Below, one piece after another: positions 48,179 through 57,865 of a DNA stretch of 64,000 nucleotides. Where the stretch lies: positions 215,323 through 279,322 of the forward strand of contig CAWBAN010000001.1 of NCBI GenBank assembly GCA_963786935.1. Reading direction: 5' to 3'. The position numbers and the translations under genes were made by a program. The notes under the pieces were generated by a model. It saw nothing but the letters and a program-made list of their open reading frames with translations. It was not told the DNA's origin and ran no database searches. The DNA comes from an uncultured bacterium. Lineage in GTDB: Bacteria; Krumholzibacteriota; Krumholzibacteriia; Krumholzibacteriales; Krumholzibacteriaceae. Numbering within the stretch: the first letter of the stretch is position 1; each line of letters begins with the position of its first letter.

Positions 48179-48422
48179 AGCACGCGGGCAGCGATCGGCC
48201 GATTCGGCTGTGGCGTCGATTCGAAGGGACACGTTCGCTCACCAGTTCCTTCCGGCCCGCGCGGGGGGCGCGCGCCTGATATGAATGTAAGCCCTGGACG
48301 CGCCCCCCCGCAACCGATAAAATTTTAATTCATTCTGTCATAGCGAGTTGCCTCCTGGCACTAACAATGCTTCAGATTCCGGCGGGAGAGTATGCCTTAG
48401 GTTTTATCGCCGGGAGGATCGC

Positions 48423-50126
48423 ATGAGATCGCGGCGTTCGAGCATCGCCGTGCTTTGCCTGTTTCTCGTATGCGCGGCCGGATGCGGCAAGCGCGACCGG
48501 AACGGCGCGGGAGGCGCGCCGTCGGGCCGCAGTGCGTCCTCGGCCGGTCGAGAACGCAGCGGAGCCGCCGGCGCTCCCGAGCGCGGCGGCCGGCTCGTTA
48601 TCGGCATGCAGCAGGAGCCCGAGATCCTCAACGAGGCCGTCAACTCCATGGTCGCTTCCGTCTACGTGTGCAACCTCATCTTCAGCAAATTCGTGAAATA
48701 CAATGATCGCCTCGAGCTCGTCCCCGACCTCATCGAGGAGATACCGACCGTCGAGAACGGCGGCATTTCGAGCGACTATATCACCTACACGTACCGCATC
48801 CGGAGGAACGCCCGGTGGCACGACGGCGTTCCCGTCACGTCGTACGACGTGAAGTTCAGCTACGAGGTCATGATGCACCCCGATATCAACGTCGAAACGC
48901 GGCAGGGATGGGACGTCGTCGATCGCGTGGAAACGCCCGATTCGTTCACGGTCGTCTTCCATCTGAGCCGGGTGTACTCGAATTTCGCCGGCGACTGCTT
49001 CTACGACGAATCGGTGCTGCCGCGGCACCTCCTCGCGGGCTCGCTCGGGCCGGATTTCCAGAACGCCGCGTTCCACCGGCGCCCGGTCGGCTCGGGGCCC
49101 TTCGTCTTCAAGGAGTGGGTGAGCGGCTCGCATATCGTCGTCCGCGCCAATCCGGACTACTACGGAGACGGTCCCTGGCTCGACGAGATCGTGATAAAAT
49201 TCGTTCCCGAGGACGACGCGCTCCTCGTGCAGCTCGAGACCGGGGAGATAGCCGCGATCGATAACGCGCCGAACACGGCGCTCGCGGCCGCAGCGCAGCT
49301 GCCCGGCGCGCGGATCTTCCGGAACGCCGCGCTCTTCAACGAGCACCTCGATCTCAACTGCGAGCATCCGATTCTCCGCGACCGGCGCGTGCGGCGCGCG
49401 CTCGCGCTGGCGACCGACCGGCGGGAGATCTCGGACAAGATCTACGAAGGGGTCTGGATGCCGGCGTACGGTGACGATTATCCGCGATCCGCGTATTACT
49501 CGGCCGCGGTCGAAACGCTCGACGCGTTCGATCCCGCGCGGGCCGCAGCGCTCCTCGCGGAGGCGGGATGGATCGACCGCGACGGCGACGGGATCCGCGA
49601 GAAGGACGGCACGCCGCTCGCGCTCTCGATCTCGGCGGTGACGGGCAATCTGAACCGCGAGCGCACCGAGATGGTGCTCCGGGAGCAGTACCGGCGGATC
49701 GGAGTCGATCTCGGGATCCGGAACTACACGCCCGGCGAGCTCTATGCGAGCTGGGACGAGGGGGGCGTTCTCCGGCGGGGCTCGTACGCCATCGCCCTGT
49801 ACGCCGTCCTCACGCCGCCCGATCCGTCGAACAAGGACGGCACCTATTCCGAGGCGTTTATCCCGCCGAACGGGCAGAACTTCACGCGCATCAGGAACGC
49901 GCGGCTCTCGCGCCTCCTCGCCGAGGGAAGCACGACGGTCGAGTTTTCCGCGCGCAAGCGGCTCTACGACGAGGCGGCCGCGATCGTGGCGGAGGAGGCG
50001 CCGGTGATTCCGCTCCTCTGGGTGACGCAGCTCGACGTGATGCCGCGCTCCCTCGTCGGCTATCGCCCCAATCCGACGCAGTCGGGAGACACGTGGAACG
50101 CGAATGAGTGGTGGCTGAAGAAATGA
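48423..50126 (+). CDS. ABC transporter substrate-binding lipoprotein, family 5 (second copy)
   Basis: In-frame ATG 48423 inside track ORF 48348..50126. Lipobox VCAAGC, a Gly/Ser/Ala linker, then a family-5 body (RLVIGMQQEPEILN..., GPFVFKEWVSGSHIVVRANPDYYG). Confidence 0.88.
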   Translation: MRSRRSSIAVLCLFLVCAAGCGKRDRNGAGGAPSGRSASSAGRERSGAAGAPERGGRLVIGMQQEPEILNEAVNSMVASVYVCNLIFSKFVKYNDRLELVPDLIEEIPTVENGGISSDYITYTYRIRRNARWHDGVPVTSYDVKFSYEVMMHPDINVETRQGWDVVDRVETPDSFTVVFHLSRVYSNFAGDCFYDESVLPRHLLAGSLGPDFQNAAFHRRPVGSGPFVFKEWVSGSHIVVRANPDYYGDGPWLDEIVIKFVPEDDALLVQLETGEIAAIDNAPNTALAAAAQLPGARIFRNAALFNEHLDLNCEHPILRDRRVRRALALATDRREISDKIYEGVWMPAYGDDYPRSAYYSAAVETLDAFDPARAAALLAEAGWIDRDGDGIREKDGTPLALSISAVTGNLNRERTEMVLREQYRRIGVDLGIRNYTPGELYASWDEGGVLRRGSYAIALYAVLTPPDPSNKDGTYSEAFIPPNGQNFTRIRNARLSRLLAEGSTTVEFSARKRLYDEAAAIVAEEAPVIPLLWVTQLDVMPRSLVGYRPNPTQSGDTWNANEWWLKK

Positions 50127-51709
50127 AACGGCACATCCGGTGGCTGATCGTCGTGCTCATCGTCATCGTCGGCGCGATCTCGATCGTCGAGCTGCTCCCC
50201 GGCGGGGAAGCGGCGGACGGTCCCGTCGTCAGGTTCTGGGGCGCCGCGCGGCGCGTGGGCGGCTCGTGCCTCATCGTCGAGAACGGGGGGACGAGATTCA
50301 TCGTCGATTGCGGCGCGCTCGGGGAGGAGGGGGCGGGGGCGCTTCCCCCGCGGCCCGATTCGCTCGCCTTCGTCGTCGTCACGCACGCCCACATCGATCA
50401 CGTGGGGCTCGTGGCGGAGCTCTTCGCCGCCGGATTCAAGGGGCGCGTCTACTGCACGCCGGGAACGGCGGCGCTCGCGCCGATCATGCTCGCGATGGAG
50501 CGCGGGATATCGCGCGAGAAGATTCCGCGCGAGACGTACGATCGCGCGCTCGCGAGCTTCGTCCCTGTGCCGTTCGGCAGAACGATCGTCGAGCGGGGCG
50601 TGTCGTTCCGGTTCTTCCGGGCCGAGCACCTGCTCGGCGCGGCCTCCATCGAGATGCTGCTCCCGTCGGGAGCCGATACGGTGCGGCTCGTCGTGTCGGG
50701 GGACATCGGCGCGGGAAATTCGATCCTCCTTCCGGCCGCCGAAAGGCCGGGCCGCGCGGACTACGTCATCATGGAATCGACCTACGGCGGCATGGTGCGC
50801 GATCCGTCGCGCGCGGGGGGCGCAGCGGGACACGAAGCGTTCGCCGAGGCGATCGCCGGCGCGCTCCGGGCGGGCGGGGACGTGCTCGTCCCTTCCTTCA
50901 CGCTCGGGAGGACGCAGGAGGCGATGGCCGTCATCGATCTGTTCATGCGGAAGGGGACCATTCCCCCCGGCACCGAGGTGTACGTCGACAGCCCCACGGC
51001 GCGGAAGATCACGTCGGTCTACCGGCGCCTGCGGGAGGAGCTCTCCGAGTACGCCCGGTCGGCGTATCCCGGAGAGATCCTGCGGTTCCCCGAGCTGCGG
51101 GAGGTGCGGAGCCGCACGTCGCTCAAGGTGCACGGCCGCATCCACCGGCCGGCCATTTTCATTTCGTCGAGCGGCGATCTCGCGCACGCGAACGCGCCGC
51201 GGCATCTCATGCGCATGTACGACGATCCGAAGAACCTCCTCTGCATCATCGGCTGGCAGCCCCCCGGCTCCCTCGGCGCGCGGCTCCTCGCCGGCGAGAG
51301 CCCCGTGCTCGTGGGGCATCAGGAGGGGAAGAAGTTCGAGCGCGACTGGATATCGCCCGCGATCGCAACGCGGGGATTTCACTCGTTCTCGGCGCACGCG
51401 GACGCCGCGGGACTCGTCGAGTGGCTCGGGGCCGCGACCGGCGTGCGGCGCGTCTTTCTCGTGCACGGCGACGAGGATCAGGCGCTCGCGCTCGAGAAAA
51501 CGATTCGCGAGAGGCTCGGCCTCGCGGTGACCGTGCCTCGGCGGGGAGATGGATTCGTGCTCACCGCGCGGCGGGGAGCGGTCGAGCGGCATTTCGCCGC
51601 GCCCGATGCGGCGCGGCCCGTTTCCCGCGCCCCGGCGGCGGGGCGTTCCGATTCGCTCGCGGCCGGGGGGGCCGCGCGGACCGGCGAGGCGTACGAGGGC
51701 GTCGAATGA
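50123..51709 (+). CDS. MBL-fold metallo-hydrolase of the beta-CASP type with an N-terminal membrane anchor
   Basis: ATG 50123 overlaps the upstream stop as ATGA. N-terminus MKRHIRWLIVVLIVIVGAISIVELL. Motifs HAHIDHVG, ESTYG, a beta-CASP-like middle region and FSAHAD near the C-terminus. Confidence 0.75.
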   Translation: MKRHIRWLIVVLIVIVGAISIVELLPGGEAADGPVVRFWGAARRVGGSCLIVENGGTRFIVDCGALGEEGAGALPPRPDSLAFVVVTHAHIDHVGLVAELFAAGFKGRVYCTPGTAALAPIMLAMERGISREKIPRETYDRALASFVPVPFGRTIVERGVSFRFFRAEHLLGAASIEMLLPSGADTVRLVVSGDIGAGNSILLPAAERPGRADYVIMESTYGGMVRDPSRAGGAAGHEAFAEAIAGALRAGGDVLVPSFTLGRTQEAMAVIDLFMRKGTIPPGTEVYVDSPTARKITSVYRRLREELSEYARSAYPGEILRFPELREVRSRTSLKVHGRIHRPAIFISSSGDLAHANAPRHLMRMYDDPKNLLCIIGWQPPGSLGARLLAGESPVLVGHQEGKKFERDWISPAIATRGFHSFSAHADAAGLVEWLGAATGVRRVFLVHGDEDQALALEKTIRERLGLAVTVPRRGDGFVLTARRGAVERHFAAPDAARPVSRAPAAGRSDSLAAGGAARTGEAYEGVE

Positions 51710-51746
51710 CGCGTGCGCGATCGATCGTTCGCGGAAGGATCCGGCT

Positions 51747-52742
51747 ATGAAGCACATCGCGAAACGGCTCGCGAGAATCGTCCCCGTCGTCGTGCTCATC
51801 TCGATCGCGACGTTCGCGCTGCTGCATCTCGCGCCCGGCGGGCCCGCCGGCGTGCTCGCGGGGGGCGCGCGGATGAGCGAGAGCGACTTCGCGCGCATCG
51901 AGGGAAATCTCGGACTCGATAAGCCGCTTCCCGTGCAGTACCTCGTTTGGTTCAAGCGGGTGTTCCTGAATCTCGATTTCGGATCGAGCTACGCGACGGG
52001 CGAGCCCGTCTCACGGATGATCCTCGAGCGATTGCCCGCGACGCTCGAGCTCATGGGCGCGGCCTTCGCGCTCGCCCTCGTCCTCGGCGTCGCGATGGGG
52101 GTCGCCTCCGCCGTGCGCCGGGACGGGCCGCTCGATCAGATCTTCTCGCTCGCCTCGATTGCCGGGCTCTCGATGCCGGTCTTCTGGCTCGCGCTCGTCT
52201 CGATCTGGGTCTTTTCGCTGAAGCTCGGCGTCTTCCCGAGCGGCGGGCGGGAGACGATCGGCGCCGCGTGGAGCCTCGCCGATCGCCTCCGGCATCTCGC
52301 GCTTCCCGCGTGCGCGCTCTCGATCGGATTTCTCGCCTCGTGGAGCCGCTATACGAGGGCGCAGCTCCTCGGCGCGATCAGGGGGGATTTCGTGCGCACG
52401 GCGCGGGCGAAAGGGCTGAGCGAGGCGTCGGTGATCTGGAAGCACGCCTTCCGGAACGCGGCGCTCCCGGTTCTCTCCGTGGTCGTTATGCAGCTCCCGG
52501 CGCTCTTCACCGGCGCCGTCATCACGGAGACCGTGTTCTCGTGGCCGGGGATGGGGCGGCTCTTCTACGACGGGCTCGCGCGGCACGACTACCCGCTCGT
52601 GCTCGGAATCGTCGTCATCGCCTCGTTCCTCATCATCGCCTTCAACGCGATCGGCGACATCCTGCAGACGGCGGTCGATCCGAGGATATCGGCGGCCGGC
52701 CCGCGGGACGTTCCGGACGGGGCGGCGGAGGGTGCGGCATGA
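51747..52742 (+). CDS. ABC transporter permease (DppB/OppB-type, second copy)
   Basis: In-frame ATG 51747 inside track ORF 51549..52742. Motifs IAKRLARIVPVVVLISIATFALLHLAPGGP and DFVRTARAKGLSEASVIWKHAFRNA. Confidence 0.9.
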   Translation: MKHIAKRLARIVPVVVLISIATFALLHLAPGGPAGVLAGGARMSESDFARIEGNLGLDKPLPVQYLVWFKRVFLNLDFGSSYATGEPVSRMILERLPATLELMGAAFALALVLGVAMGVASAVRRDGPLDQIFSLASIAGLSMPVFWLALVSIWVFSLKLGVFPSGGRETIGAAWSLADRLRHLALPACALSIGFLASWSRYTRAQLLGAIRGDFVRTARAKGLSEASVIWKHAFRNAALPVLSVVVMQLPALFTGAVITETVFSWPGMGRLFYDGLARHDYPLVLGIVVIASFLIIAFNAIGDILQTAVDPRISAAGPRDVPDGAAEGAA

Positions 52743-53626
52743 ACGTGAACGCGCGCTGCGAATTCGCGAATGCCGGCAAAACGTTTGCGCCCGCGCGGGG
52801 CGTTCGTTTCGACCGCGGCGGATTCTTCGCCGCGGGCGGCGCCGCCTATTCGCTGATCCTCATCGTGCTCGTCCTCGTCCTTTCGACCTTCGCGCCCCTC
52901 TTCGTGCCGCACGGGCGGGACGCGATGGATCTCGACGCGATCCTCTCGCCGCCGTCGGCCGCGCATGTGCTCGGCACCGACGAGCTCGGGCGCGACGTCC
53001 TCACGCGGCTCGTATACGCGGGGCGCTTCAGCCTTCTCGTGGCCTTCTGCGCGGTGGGGATCGCGCTCGCGATCGGCGTGCTGCTCGGCGCGATCGCCGG
53101 GTATTTCGGCGGCGTCGCCGACGCGGCGGTCGCGGCCGTCATCGACGTGTTCCTCTCGATCCCCGTGTTTCTCGTGCTCCTCGTCGCGGCCTCCGCCGGC
53201 GGCGGGAGGCTCTGGATCGTGCCCCTCGTGATCGGGGGAACCTCGTGGATGGAGACGGCGCGCGTCGTTCGCTCGATCGTGCTGCCGCTGAAGGAGGAGG
53301 GCTTCGTCGCGGCGGCGCGGGCCGCCGGGGCGAAGGACGCCTCCATCGTCGTCCGCCACCTGCTGCCGCAGGCGATGCCCGCCGTCGTCGTGTCGGCGAC
53401 GATCGGCTTCGCGCAGGCGATGCTCGTCGAATCGGCCCTGAGCTTCCTCGGCTTCGGCGTTCAGCCCCCCGTTCCCACGTGGGGGAACATGCTTCAGAAC
53501 GCGCACGCGTTCATCGGACGGGCGCCGCTCGCCGCGATCGCGCCCGGATTCATGATCTTCATCACGTGCCTCGCCTTCAACTATGTCGGCGAGGGGCTAC
53601 GCAGGGAGCTTGCCATCGAGCGCTGA
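52739..53626 (+). CDS. ABC transporter permease (DppC/OppC-type, second copy)
   Basis: ATG 52739 overlaps the upstream stop as ATGA, inside track ORF 51947..53626. Motifs HVLGTDELGRDVLTRLVYAG and GFVAAARAAGAKDASIVVRHLLPQ. Confidence 0.88.
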   Translation: MNVNARCEFANAGKTFAPARGVRFDRGGFFAAGGAAYSLILIVLVLVLSTFAPLFVPHGRDAMDLDAILSPPSAAHVLGTDELGRDVLTRLVYAGRFSLLVAFCAVGIALAIGVLLGAIAGYFGGVADAAVAAVIDVFLSIPVFLVLLVAASAGGGRLWIVPLVIGGTSWMETARVVRSIVLPLKEEGFVAAARAAGAKDASIVVRHLLPQAMPAVVVSATIGFAQAMLVESALSFLGFGVQPPVPTWGNMLQNAHAFIGRAPLAAIAPGFMIFITCLAFNYVGEGLRRELAIER

Positions 53627-53645
53627 TTCCGCTACCTTCATCCGC

Positions 53646-54680
53646 ATGAACGCCCGCATCAAAGCGATCGGCCTCGTCTCGGGAGGGCTCGACAGCGCGC
53701 TCGCCGTCGCGGTCGTGAAGCGCCTCGGCGTCGACGTCCTCGCGCTGCACGCCTCGATCGGATATTCGGCCGGCTTCATGCGGGCAGAGATCGCGGGAGC
53801 GAAGCACGCCGATCTCATGGCGGAGGATGCGGCGCGCATGACGGCCGCCTTCGGCGTTCCGACGCGCGTCCTCGATCTCGTCGACGAGTACTTCGGCGTG
53901 CTGCTCCATCCCCGGCACGGCTACGGCGCGAACGTCAATCCGTGCATCGACTGCCACCTCTTCATGATCAGGAAGGCGAAGGAGGTCATGGAGCGGGAGG
54001 GGGGAAGGTTCGTCTTCACGGGAGAGGTGCTCGGCCAGCGGCCGATGTCGCAGAACTACAAGGCGCTCGAGCTCATCGATCGCGAATCGGGGCTCGAGGG
54101 GCTCCTCGTGCGTCCGCTGAGCGCGAGGCTTCTCCCCGAGACGCTCGCGGAGAGGAACGGCTGGATTTCCCGCGACGGGCTCCTCGACATTCAGGGGCGC
54201 TCGCGGAGGCGCCAGATGGAGCTCGCCGCCGCGCTCGGCGTGAAGGGATACGCCTCGCCCGCGGGCGGATGTATGCTCACCGACGAGCATTACGCAGGGA
54301 GGTTCAAGGACTGGATGAGGCATCGGGGGGGCGCGGCGCCCACGCACGAGGAGACGCTCCTCTTTTCGGTCGGCCGGCATTTCAGGCTCTCGTCGGCGGT
54401 GAAGGCCGTGGTCGGCAGGCGCGAGGCGGAGAATCATTACCTCGAACGCGCGTGGAGCGCCGAATGGCTCGCCACACCGGTCGACGTTCCCGGACCGACG
54501 GTGCTCGTGCAGGGGCCGGCCGGCGACGAGGATCTGCGCCTCGCCGCGGCGCTCGTCGCGCGCTACAGCGACGCGAAGACCGCGCCGTCGGTGAAGGTCG
54601 CCGTGCGAAAGGGAGACGAGGAGAGAATCTGCGACGCCGCGCCCGCGGCGGACGATCTGATCGAACGCCTGCGAATCTGA
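53646..54680 (+). CDS. PP-loop superfamily ATPase (ThiI/MnmA-like tRNA-thiolation-type enzyme; exact family not resolved)
   Basis: In-frame ATG 53646. PP-loop GLVSGGLDSALA. Motif NPCIDCHLFMIRKAKEVMEREGGRFVFTGEVLGQRPMSQ. Confidence 0.65.
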   Translation: MNARIKAIGLVSGGLDSALAVAVVKRLGVDVLALHASIGYSAGFMRAEIAGAKHADLMAEDAARMTAAFGVPTRVLDLVDEYFGVLLHPRHGYGANVNPCIDCHLFMIRKAKEVMEREGGRFVFTGEVLGQRPMSQNYKALELIDRESGLEGLLVRPLSARLLPETLAERNGWISRDGLLDIQGRSRRRQMELAAALGVKGYASPAGGCMLTDEHYAGRFKDWMRHRGGAAPTHEETLLFSVGRHFRLSSAVKAVVGRREAENHYLERAWSAEWLATPVDVPGPTVLVQGPAGDEDLRLAAALVARYSDAKTAPSVKVAVRKGDEERICDAAPAADDLIERLRI

Positions 54681-54744
54681 ACCGCCCGCGTAGCGAGCGT
54701 GGCCGCCGGGAATGGATGCGGCCGCCGCGCGCCAACCGCCGCCG

Positions 54745-55281
54745 CTAGACCTCTTCGCTCCAGAGCCTGCGGAGCTCGTCCTGTTTTTCGAGGTATCTGG
54801 TGATCAGCCGGCCGTGCGCCTCGAAGGCGAGCCGCGGCAGCTTGCCGATGGCGTAGAAGCGCACCTTCTCCGCGTCGTCCCCGGCGCGGGGCGTTCCCTC
54901 GAATCCCACGAACGAGTATCCGATGATGAGGAGCGAGGTGCCGTAGAATCTGCTCTCCTGGTAGATGATGTCGACGAGGGAAGGATCGCGCGCGACGATC
55001 CCGCACTCCTCCTCGAGCTCGCGGGCCGCCGCCGCGGCCGGGCTCTCGTGCATCTCGATGAATCCGCCCGGGAGCGCCCATTGGCTCTTTCCCGGCTCCC
55101 GGTTTCTGCGGACGAGAAGAATGCGCCCCGAGTCGTCGGTCACGATGCCCGTCGCCGCGGGAATGGGATTCTCGTAGATGAAGCGCTGTTCCGCCTCGCA
55201 GAAGAGGCGCGAGCGGCCTTCGGATTCCCTCGTTCCGAGGGGCGCTCCGCAGAAATGGCAAAAGAGCTTCGGCTGTTTCAT
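54745..55281 (-). CDS. NUDIX hydrolase with an N-terminal zinc ribbon
   Basis: Cys pairs CHFCG...FCEAE. Nudix box GGFIEMHESPAAAAARELEEECG. Confidence 0.88.
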   Translation of the reverse strand: MKQPKLFCHFCGAPLGTRESEGRSRLFCEAEQRFIYENPIPAATGIVTDDSGRILLVRRNREPGKSQWALPGGFIEMHESPAAAAARELEEECGIVARDPSLVDIIYQESRFYGTSLLIIGYSFVGFEGTPRAGDDAEKVRFYAIGKLPRLAFEAHGRLITRYLEKQDELRRLWSEEV

Positions 55282-55317
55282 TGATCATGCTCCCGTGTGC
55301 GCCGGCGCGGCGCGCCG

Positions 55318-56004
55318 TCAGAAATTGTAGCCGACGAGGAGGGCGAAGCCGAGGTTCTTGCTGTTCCCGGGATTCACGGTTTCCGTGAAGCTCGAGCCTT
55401 CGAATTCCGTGGTCACCTCTCCTCCCGAGTAGACGTTGGTCAGGCCGAAGTCGAATCTCGCGTCGGCGGTGATCCCGCCGAGGCCGATGGCGTAGCGGCA
55501 TCCCAGGCCGATCGAGAAGCAGACTTCCATTTTGTTCATGACGTCGGACCAATCGGACGATCCGGACCCGCTCTCGCCCGTTCTCGTATCCGAGAACTCG
55601 AGGTCCATGTCGGCGCCGAGGTTGATTCCCACACCCGGTCCCAGGAAAAAGTAGGGGCTGAAGCGGCTCCTTCCCGCGACGGTGAGCTTCGCGAGAATGG
55701 GCATCTCGATATAGTCGAAACGCGCCGTGTAGTTCAGATCGTAGCCGGGGCCCTCGAGCCCGCCGTCGAGCCCCTTGGTGACGTAGAGGAGCTCGGGCTG
55801 CAGGCTGAAATATCGATTGAACGCATAATCCATATAGACGCCGCCCGCGAAGCCGTTCCTGAACGCGGTGTCCGGCCAGCCGGTGGGGACCTCCGTCGTA
55901 TTGGATGTATAGATGCCCCCCTTGACTCCGAAGGATACGAAGGGCGCCGCCGCGGCGGAATGAGACAGAATCAGAATAACGAAAACAAGTCCGATGCGCT
56001 TCAT
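55318..56004 (-). CDS. Small outer-membrane beta-barrel protein (porin-family / OmpA-like barrel)
   Basis: An internal ATG (56004) of track ORF 55318..57120 gives the signal peptide MKRIGLVFVILILSHSAAAA. About eight amphipathic strands. C-terminus ...GFALLVGYNF. Confidence 0.8.
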   Translation of the reverse strand: MKRIGLVFVILILSHSAAAAPFVSFGVKGGIYTSNTTEVPTGWPDTAFRNGFAGGVYMDYAFNRYFSLQPELLYVTKGLDGGLEGPGYDLNYTARFDYIEMPILAKLTVAGRSRFSPYFFLGPGVGINLGADMDLEFSDTRTGESGSGSSDWSDVMNKMEVCFSIGLGCRYAIGLGGITADARFDFGLTNVYSGGEVTTEFEGSSFTETVNPGNSKNLGFALLVGYNF

Positions 56005-56169
56005 GTGCGTCTCCTTGTGAGGTTTGTCGTCTCGACGATGCTTCGATTCTAGCCTCTTACGCGCCCGCGCGCAAGGCGCTTTGCGGCGCGAGGCGCATTT
56101 GCCGTTGCCCGGCCCGCGGTCTTCGGTTAGCATCGGGTGCGATCGCCCGAAACGAATACCGGGAGGCTC

Positions 56170-57105
56170 ATGAACAAGAGATTCGACGTCGTCGGCATCG
56201 GGTACACCGCGCTCGATCATCTCGGCATCGTGCCGCGTCTGCCCGAGGAGAACACGAAGCTCGAGGTGCGCGATTTCACGATACAGGGGGGAGGTCCCAC
56301 GGCGACCGCGATGGTCACCGTTCGGCGTCTCGGTCTCGAGGCCGCGTACGTCGGCAAGGTCGGCGACGACGGCTTCGGCGCGCGGATGCTCGAGGAGCTG
56401 CGCGCGGAGGACGTCGACGTGTCGTCGGTCGTCGTCGAGCGGGGCGCCACGTCCCAGTATGCGTTCATCATGGTCGACGCGGTGAGCGCGGCGCGGACGA
56501 TCCTCTGGACGCGGGGGAGCGTGTCGCTCTTGAAGGCGAATGAAGCCGATCTCGATCTCATCCGCTCGGCGCGGGGCCTCTTCATCGACGATCTCGAGCC
56601 CGAGGCGGCGCTCGTCGCCGCGCGAGCGGCCCGGGAAGCGGGGATTCCCGTGCTCATCGACGCGGGATCGCTCCGCGAGGGAGTCCGCGAGCTCCTGCCG
56701 CTGTGCGACTACCTCATCGCGAGCGAACGCTTCGCGGAGCAGATTTCGGGGGGCACGGATATCCGCGCGGCGCTCGCGGCGCTCGACGCGTTCGGTCCGA
56801 AGGTGTCGGTCGTGACGCTCGGCGAGAAGGGCTGCGCATATCTTTCGGGCGCGGACGTCGTCGAGGTGCCGGGATTCGCCGTGAAGGCGGTCGACACGAC
56901 GGGGGCCGGCGACGTCTTCCACGGCGCGTATCTCTTCGCCGTCCTCGAAGGGCTCGACACGATGCGCGCCTGCGTCTTCGCGAACGCCGTCGCGGCGCTC
57001 AAATGCCGCAGGCTCGGCGGCCGCGCCGGCATTCCGACCCTCTCCGAAACGCTCGCGTTTCTCGAGCGCGAGCGCCCCGGCCTCGACTTTTCCCTGAGAA
57101 GCTAG
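56170..57105 (+). CDS. PfkB-family carbohydrate kinase (ribokinase-like)
   Basis: ATG 56170 after GGGAGG. Motifs FDVVGIGYTALDH, GGGPTATA and the C-terminal VDTTGAGDVFHGAY. Confidence 0.85.
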   Translation: MNKRFDVVGIGYTALDHLGIVPRLPEENTKLEVRDFTIQGGGPTATAMVTVRRLGLEAAYVGKVGDDGFGARMLEELRAEDVDVSSVVVERGATSQYAFIMVDAVSAARTILWTRGSVSLLKANEADLDLIRSARGLFIDDLEPEAALVAARAAREAGIPVLIDAGSLREGVRELLPLCDYLIASERFAEQISGGTDIRAALAALDAFGPKVSVVTLGEKGCAYLSGADVVEVPGFAVKAVDTTGAGDVFHGAYLFAVLEGLDTMRACVFANAVAALKCRRLGGRAGIPTLSETLAFLERERPGLDFSLRS

Positions 57106-57111
57106 TGCGTC

Positions 57112-57177
57112 GCCGGACATTCCCGCTCCGAGCCCAGTCGCGGAGCTCCAATGGGCTCGTTCGCGGGAATGTCCGGC
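57112..57177. terminator. Long compound hairpin between convergent genes (possible bidirectional terminator, no U-tract)
   Basis: A perfect 15-bp outer stem, gccggacattcccgc (57112-57126) / gcgggaatgtccggc (57163-57177), encloses a 7-bp inner stem gagccca / tgggctc. Confidence 0.45.
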
Positions 57178-57226
57178 CCCGGCACTGGTAGCGGGTGATG
57201 CTGGTGGGGTCCCCGCCCGCGCGCCG

Positions 57227-57721
57227 CTATTTCAGCGCATATGGCGTGGCCTCGCCCGTCGCGAGATCGAAGACGATCCAGCCGGGAGGCTCGAGGAGCC
57301 CCATGAGCTCGCCGGGATTGACGAGCCACGCCGAACCGATCCGCTCGATCTTCCTGCGGTGCGTGTGCCCGTAGAAGACGGCCGTGTACTTTTGCGTGCA
57401 CGCGAGCCCGCGCGCGAACTCGGGGCGGTGGGTAAATGCGACGTCGCCGTTCTCCGTCTCGACGAAGCCGACCTCGCCGTGGAGCCTGACGTTCGGGAAC
57501 TTCTTCGCCGCGACGGTGCCGATCGTGTAGCGGTCCCCCTCGTTGTTGCCGAAGACGACGTGCACCGGCCCCGCGAAGGCGGCGAGCCGGTCGACGACGA
57601 AGGGCGAGACGAGATCCCCGCAGTGAAAGAGCGCTGAGACGCCCGCCGCGTTGATCTTCGCGAGCGCCGCCTCGATGTTCTCGAGATGGTCGTGCGTATC
57701 GCTGATGACGGCCACGTTCAT
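57227..57721 (-). CDS. YfcE/MJ0936-family metallophosphoesterase
   Basis: VISDTHD, CGDLVSP, GNNEGD, GHTH. Confidence 0.88.
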   Translation of the reverse strand: MNVAVISDTHDHLENIEAALAKINAAGVSALFHCGDLVSPFVVDRLAAFAGPVHVVFGNNEGDRYTIGTVAAKKFPNVRLHGEVGFVETENGDVAFTHRPEFARGLACTQKYTAVFYGHTHRRKIERIGSAWLVNPGELMGLLEPPGWIVFDLATGEATPYALK

Positions 57722-57865
57722 CGAAGTTCCCTCCTCTCGGACAGAGCCGCATTATACCACGGAATCCCGTTTGATGACGAACCGCGCGCATGGCACGCCT
57801 CTTGATTTACGCCTCTCCGGGAGGGCGCGCGCCCTCCTTCCATTCAAGCCGCGGAAGGAATCGGA

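Noticed and set aside
56005-57120. N-terminal ~370 aa of track ORF 55318..57120 (-), which would make a 600-aa protein.
   Set aside because: This part is antisense to the PfkB kinase gene and is Arg/Asp/Glu-rich. A good signal peptide starts at the internal Met (56004). Only the last 228 codons look like a real barrel protein.
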